A DNA stretch of 64,000 bases from contig JAWVXD010000002.1 of assembly GCA_033723415.1 (NCBI GenBank), positions 1 to 64,000 on the forward strand, given 5' to 3'. The notes under the pieces were generated by a model, which saw only the letters and a list, made by a program, of their open reading frames with translations, made no database searches and was not told the origin of the DNA. Positions 59,743 through 64,000 of this stretch are shown piece after piece. Within the stretch, counting starts at the first letter, position 1, and the number at the start of each line of letters is the position of its first letter. A program made the translations under genes and the position numbers. Source of the stretch: Sulfurospirillaceae bacterium (GTDB lineage Bacteria; Campylobacterota; Campylobacteria; Campylobacterales; Sulfurospirillaceae).

Positions 59743-60454
59743 TTTATTATTGAAGATTAGTGATCTGGATTGTCATTATGGGCATATTCATGTTTTACAA
59801 AATATAAATATAGAGATCAAAAAAGGTGAGATAGTCGCACTGATCGGTGCAAACGGTGCAGGAAAAACAACTTTGATGAAAACTATCTCAGGACTTAAAA
59901 TACAAAATAAAGGCGATATCATATACAAGGACAATATAGATATCACAAAAACTCTGCCTGAAAAAAGAGTTAAGCTCGGTATCGCTCAAGTTCCTGAGGG
60001 AAGAGAGCTTTTCAAATCAATGAGCGTTTATGACAATCTGATGCTAGGTTCATACACAAGAACAGATAAACTCGGCATACAAGAAGATCTAGATTTTGTA
60101 TATGATAAATTTCCTATACTTTTTGAAAAAAGAGATATAATATCTGGCAATCTCTCAGGGGGACAACAGCAGATGCTTGCAATAGGCAGAGCGCTCATGT
60201 CAAAACCTGATCTTTTATTGATGGATGAACCCTCAATGGGACTGGCACCTGTGATCGTAGAAGAGATATTTGCTTTTATTGAAGAACTTAAGAAAATCCA
60301 CATGACGGTGTTTTTAGTCGAACAAAACTCATACTTTGCCCTCAGCATATCAAACCACGCTTATGTACTAGAAAACGGCGAGATCGTTTTAAGCGGTAAC
60401 TCTGAAGATTTGATCAAAGACAACAGAGTAAAAGAAGCATATTTAGGAATGTAA
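59729..60454 (+). CDS. LIV-type ABC ATPase (LivF-like)
   Basis: GANGAGKTT, VPEGR, LSGGQQQM and DEPSMGLAP motifs. Confidence 0.93.
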   Translation: MQKSDLLLKISDLDCHYGHIHVLQNINIEIKKGEIVALIGANGAGKTTLMKTISGLKIQNKGDIIYKDNIDITKTLPEKRVKLGIAQVPEGRELFKSMSVYDNLMLGSYTRTDKLGIQEDLDFVYDKFPILFEKRDIISGNLSGGQQQMLAIGRALMSKPDLLLMDEPSMGLAPVIVEEIFAFIEELKKIHMTVFLVEQNSYFALSISNHAYVLENGEIVLSGNSEDLIKDNRVKEAYLGM

Positions 60455-61228
60455 ATGAATTATAAAAATATAATAGTAGAAAAACTACAAAACGGTGTCG
60501 GTGTTATAACGCTCAATAGACCGGAAGCTTACAATGCAATCAACACTTTATTGCTTGAGGAGATATCTAGTGCCATCAAAGACTTTGATGCAGATCCTTT
60601 GATCGGAGCAGTAGTTCTAACAGGTGGAGATAAAGTTTTTGCTGCCGGTGCAGATATAAAAGAGTTGGCAAATCTAGATTTTGCAAGTGCTTACAATAAT
60701 GACTTCGTAAAAAAAGAGTGGTCGGCTTTGGAAAATCATGTCAAACCGATAATTGCAGCGATCAGTGGATATGCATTGGGTGGAGGTTGTGAGATGGCTT
60801 TGTTGTGCGATATCGCTATCTGTGATTGGAGTGCAAAATTCGGACAGCCTGAAGTTAAAATAGGAACGATGCCAGGAGCCGGCGGGACTCAAAGATTGAC
60901 CAAAGCAGTAGGAAAATCAAAAGCTATGCATATGTGTCTCACAGGCGATATGATAGATGCCAAAGAGGCAGAGTATTACAAACTTGTCTCAAAAATAGTA
61001 GATCATGATGTTATGAAAGAAGCTATAAAGATAGCAGAAAAGATTGCTTCCATGTCAAAGCCCGTCGTGAAACTGATCAAAGAGTCTATAAACAATGCAT
61101 ATGAATCAAATCTGCAAGCCGGATTGGTAGCTGAGCGACAATCTTTTTATGCAACATTGGCTCTTGAAGACAGGATCGAAGGTATGAATGCTTTTATCGA
61201 AAAAAGAAAAGCAAACTTTAAAAACTAA
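60455..61228 (+). CDS. Enoyl-CoA hydratase, PaaF/EchA8-like
   Basis: FAAGADIKE, ALGGGCE and FGQPE...PGAGGTQRL; both catalytic glutamates present. Confidence 0.92.
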   Translation: MNYKNIIVEKLQNGVGVITLNRPEAYNAINTLLLEEISSAIKDFDADPLIGAVVLTGGDKVFAAGADIKELANLDFASAYNNDFVKKEWSALENHVKPIIAAISGYALGGGCEMALLCDIAICDWSAKFGQPEVKIGTMPGAGGTQRLTKAVGKSKAMHMCLTGDMIDAKEAEYYKLVSKIVDHDVMKEAIKIAEKIASMSKPVVKLIKESINNAYESNLQAGLVAERQSFYATLALEDRIEGMNAFIEKRKANFKN

Positions 61229-61257
61229 CAATATATCTTTTAGAAAAAATAATACAA

Positions 61258-61297
61258 AAAATATAGCTATCATAAAAAAATAGTATAGCTATATTTT
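61258..61297. repeat. AT-rich inverted repeat built from two ATAGCTAT palindromes
   Basis: AAAATATAGCTAT-N14-ATAGCTATATTTT. Confidence 0.55.
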
Positions 61298-61430
61298 AAA
61301 ATAAATATCATTTTTATTAAAAATAAGCTTATCTCCCAAGAATAGAGACTACTATGACCAATAATCAATTCTAAAATGAACTTAAACAGTTCTAAATATC
61401 TAACTTTTTAAGCCCTTATTAAAATATATA

Positions 61431-61469
61431 TGATACAATAATATTTAATTTACTAAAATAATTGAAGTA
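61431..61469. promoter_or_regulatory. Putative PaaX operator 3, overlapping the extended -10 of the oxygenase operon
   Basis: TGATACA-N25-TGAAGTA; the left half overlaps TGaTACAAT. Confidence 0.6.
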
Positions 61470-61499
61470 TATTTTCAATAACTAAACAAGGAGCACTAA

Positions 61500-62525
61500 A
61501 TGTCAAGCAGAGAAAAACTTGCCGGAACAATGGAATTTCCACCGCCTACTGAGCAGCCAAATGTTTACCCGCTAAGCTGGGTTAATAAAACAATGAAACT
61601 GCAAGAAATCTGGGATGCTTCTCAAAGAGAATACTGGGATCCTGCAAAACTGCCTTGGGATACTTTTGATGTATCCAAATACAGTTGGGAACAGAGGGAA
61701 TCTATAGCCTATTGGTGGACAATTCTTTCTGTATTTGACGCTTCTGCGCCTCCTGTATTTGCATCTGCCCTTATCAAGACTTATGAATTACATGAAGAAG
61801 ATCTAGTTAGAAGATGTTTTTTTTCTGTTACAAGAGATGAGCAAAATCACGAACAAATGTGTGGTATGGCTATTACAAAATTACTAGAACATCCGGATCC
61901 TATAACCTATACACCTAAAACAGATATCGGTAAAAGACTCCAAAAAAATGCAAAATGGTTATATTACAATGGAGGAAGATATTGGGATGGTTTTAAACAC
62001 GCAGTTCCAAAATACTCACTTGCAGTTCTTTTTTCATCATTTTTGATGGGTGAGATCGCAGCTGCGACAATATTCCACCAAATGTCAGCAGGATGCAGTG
62101 AGCTGGTATTTAAAGAAGGTTTTAAGAAAATAGGTATGGATGAAGGTAGACATATGGCTATCATATTGACACTTATGGAGAGAGATTATCCAAAACTGAA
62201 CAATGAAGATAAAGCAACTATAACCAAACAGATAAGAGCCGGTTACTTATTTCTCTCTGCCGTTTTGTTTGAGCCGCCTGAAGATTTTTGGGATATCCCA
62301 TCAGACTTTATCGCCAATCAAAGAGAAGGTGAAGCATTTGCCAGAGAAGCAGGTTTTCACATCCCTGAGTATGAAGCAAAAAAAGAAAATTGGAAAAATG
62401 CGATGCTTAATCTAAAAGGCGTCCTAGATAAATACGATACAGAATTCCCGGCAATTCCAGAAGTAGGAATCACCGGTAAAGAGATCACGGATATCGATAT
62501 GGAAGATATCATCCCTGTATTTTAA
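61500..62525 (+). CDS. Ferritin-like diiron-carboxylate protein, putative oxygenase
   Basis: Ligand pattern D80, E114xxH117, E185, E215xxH218; AAGGAG RBS; adjacent to a reductase. Confidence 0.8.
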   Translation: MSSREKLAGTMEFPPPTEQPNVYPLSWVNKTMKLQEIWDASQREYWDPAKLPWDTFDVSKYSWEQRESIAYWWTILSVFDASAPPVFASALIKTYELHEEDLVRRCFFSVTRDEQNHEQMCGMAITKLLEHPDPITYTPKTDIGKRLQKNAKWLYYNGGRYWDGFKHAVPKYSLAVLFSSFLMGEIAAATIFHQMSAGCSELVFKEGFKKIGMDEGRHMAIILTLMERDYPKLNNEDKATITKQIRAGYLFLSAVLFEPPEDFWDIPSDFIANQREGEAFAREAGFHIPEYEAKKENWKNAMLNLKGVLDKYDTEFPAIPEVGITGKEITDIDMEDIIPVF

Positions 62526-62549
62526 AAATTTAGTTATAGGTCAAAGATC

Positions 62550-63569
62550 ATGAAAAAAATAATTATACAGCCATCGGGCAAATCGATTGATTGCCCGGAT
62601 GGAGAATCAGTACTTTCCGTATTGGAAAAACAAGGTTACGCACTACCTAATAACTGTAGAGCTGGTGCTTGCGGAGAGTGTAAAATAAAAGTTTTAAGTG
62701 GTACCTTTGACCAAGGTTTTGTTATGGATATGGCTCTGTCACAAGCTGATAGAGCTGCCGGTTTCGGCTTGATGTGCATGGCAAAACCAACTTCTGAAGT
62801 TTTAGAAATAGAATTTGGAACAGAAGATGCCAAGCCAAAACTATTTCCACCTGTTGAAAATTCTTGGCATATCGTCACAGACAAGATACAAAGAACAGAT
62901 AAGATACTGGAATTAAAACTTGCTCCTTTAGGTCAATCAATCAAATTTTGGCCAGGTCAATATGCGATGATAGGAGACGGAACAGCTGAACATCCATTGC
63001 GACCATACTCAATCGCAAATGCTCCAAAACAAAATGGAGAATTGAGCTTTTTTATCACAAAAGAAGAAGGCGGCAAAACAAGTCCTTGGATACATGATGA
63101 AGTAAATATTGGAGACAATATCAAAGTCAACGCTCCTTATGGAACATTTCTGGGAGATCCAAGCGTGAATACACCAATACTTTGTCTGGCTTCGGGAAGT
63201 GGTTTAGCACCCATACTTTCTTTGTTAAATGCATATCTAAGCAGAGGACACAAAAATCCTGTAACTCTTTTGTTTTCAGCCAAAACGAAAAAGGACCTCT
63301 TGCATTTTGGTAAGATAAAATATTTAGAGTCAAAATATGTCAACTTCAAATACAAATATACACTTACACAAGAAAGCAACAAAGAGGGAGGACTGGAAGG
63401 CAGGATAAGTACAGTTTTACCTAATCTTATACCAAATCTAGCAAACTATTCTATCTATATCGCCGGTGGAGTTTCCTTTGTGGAATCTTGTAAAAAGACT
63501 GTAGAAGCCCTTGGAGCAGAAGAAAATCTGATCCATATGGAAGAGTACTTTGCACAACAAGTGCAGTAG
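62550..63569 (+). CDS. 2Fe-2S/FAD/NAD(P)H oxygenase reductase (FNR family)
   Basis: CRAGACGEC...LMC, RPYS, GGKTS and GSGLAP motifs. Confidence 0.93.
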   Translation: MKKIIIQPSGKSIDCPDGESVLSVLEKQGYALPNNCRAGACGECKIKVLSGTFDQGFVMDMALSQADRAAGFGLMCMAKPTSEVLEIEFGTEDAKPKLFPPVENSWHIVTDKIQRTDKILELKLAPLGQSIKFWPGQYAMIGDGTAEHPLRPYSIANAPKQNGELSFFITKEEGGKTSPWIHDEVNIGDNIKVNAPYGTFLGDPSVNTPILCLASGSGLAPILSLLNAYLSRGHKNPVTLLFSAKTKKDLLHFGKIKYLESKYVNFKYKYTLTQESNKEGGLEGRISTVLPNLIPNLANYSIYIAGGVSFVESCKKTVEALGAEENLIHMEEYFAQQVQ

Positions 63570-63587
63570 CGGATTACTTTAATCCGC
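63569..63587. terminator. Hairpin overlapping the stop codons of the convergent reductase and paaX genes
   Basis: GCGGATTA-ctt-TAATCCGC. Confidence 0.55.
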
Positions 63588-64000
63588 CAAATCTGTTAAA
63601 ATAGAACTTATCTAACTTTGGATTGTTACCTCCGACTGTCAGCAAATTCTCTTTTATATATTCATTTGCCTGGTTATGAATAGCAGCGTAAACAGAATCA
63701 ACCAAAGATGCGGCAGCTTTCCCAAGCCAATCTATCGAAACCAGTTCATTTCCTAGTTTAGGATCATATAAAAGTGCCCTTCTGTACTCATGGATCAACA
63801 ATATTCTCAACATAAAACACTGCTTCGTAGTAAATTCATCAATCGGTGTTTTAAGTGCAAATATTTTTCTAAATTTCGTGATAAAACTCTGATATCTCTC
63901 TTCAACGTCTTTTAAATCCCAAAAGATATTTGCCATATCTTTCAAAATCTCCTTATTCATAGGCATATCCGCAGTTCCGTTTATAAGTAAAACATCATTT
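63574..64000 (-). CDS. paaX: PaaX family aryl-CoA-sensing repressor, C-terminal part (continues beyond the window)
   Basis: WDL...Y..F and LLIHEYRRALLYDPKL...DWLG PaaX C-terminal signature; frame open to the window edge. Confidence 0.88.
   Translation of the reverse strand, partial: NDVLLINGTADMPMNKEILKDMANIFWDLKDVEERYQSFITKFRKIFALKTPIDEFTTKQCFMLRILLIHEYRRALLYDPKLGNELVSIDWLGKAAASLVDSVYAAIHNQANEYIKENLLTVGGNNPKLDKFYFNRFGGLK

Noticed and set aside
61500..62525. Ribonucleotide reductase R2 or canonical PaaA annotation
   Set aside because: No R1 partner is nearby and the neighbour is an oxygenase-type reductase; no recognisable PaaA sequence and no paaB/C/D adjacent
514..63382. Numerous 60-190 aa antisense or alternate-frame ORFs in the ORF track (e.g. 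34063-34497, 42151-42606, 44430-45008)
   Set aside because: They lie within well-supported genes, lack an RBS and recognisable motifs, and have the Ser/Ile/Phe-rich composition of shadow frames
1..64000. CRISPR arrays, tRNA/rRNA genes, IS elements, integrases or prophage genes
   Set aside because: No regularly spaced repeats, cloverleaf-like segments or transposase/integrase motifs were seen by eye; tRNAscan, Infernal or CRISPR-finder runs would be needed to exclude them fully

Overview
This is an AT-rich chromosomal window from a Campylobacterota bacterium. Gene order and protein style suggest a Sulfurospirillum-like free-living lineage (inference). Bases ~0.3-27 kb are largely the conserved Campylobacterota backbone: ahpC, then on the minus strand lpxB-greA-argC-lpxH-cheV-cheA-cheW, serB-tal-pilT, rplY-pth-lptG, and lysA-HAD-pheA-hisC-fliF-fliG-fliH-dxs. 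A four-gene GtrA/GT2/YdjC/ArnT surface-modification cassette interrupts this backbone. Bases 27-52 kb are accessory genes: an FTR-TusA-like fusion, a NYN nuclease, an ABC-F ATPase, a sigma54-driven hypothetical, a porin, nhaA, sdaA, a minimal eutBC, a MutS-HNH fusion (MutS7 type), a c-di-GMP module with a frameshifted kinase, and a small leader-like ORF. The best candidate for an undescribed system is 52.5-64 kb, an aromatic-acid catabolic island. It contains iorAB, a wHTH hypothetical, an NDH-2-like flavoprotein, a LIV-type ABC transporter lacking its binding protein, a PaaF-like hydratase, an atypical single-subunit diiron oxygenase with its 2Fe-2S/FAD reductase, and PaaX. Three copies of a TACTACA-N25-TGTAGTA-like inverted repeat lie in the island's three promoter regions. 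I found no rRNA, tRNA, CRISPR array or transposase. All calls come from reading motifs by eye; no database searches were run.
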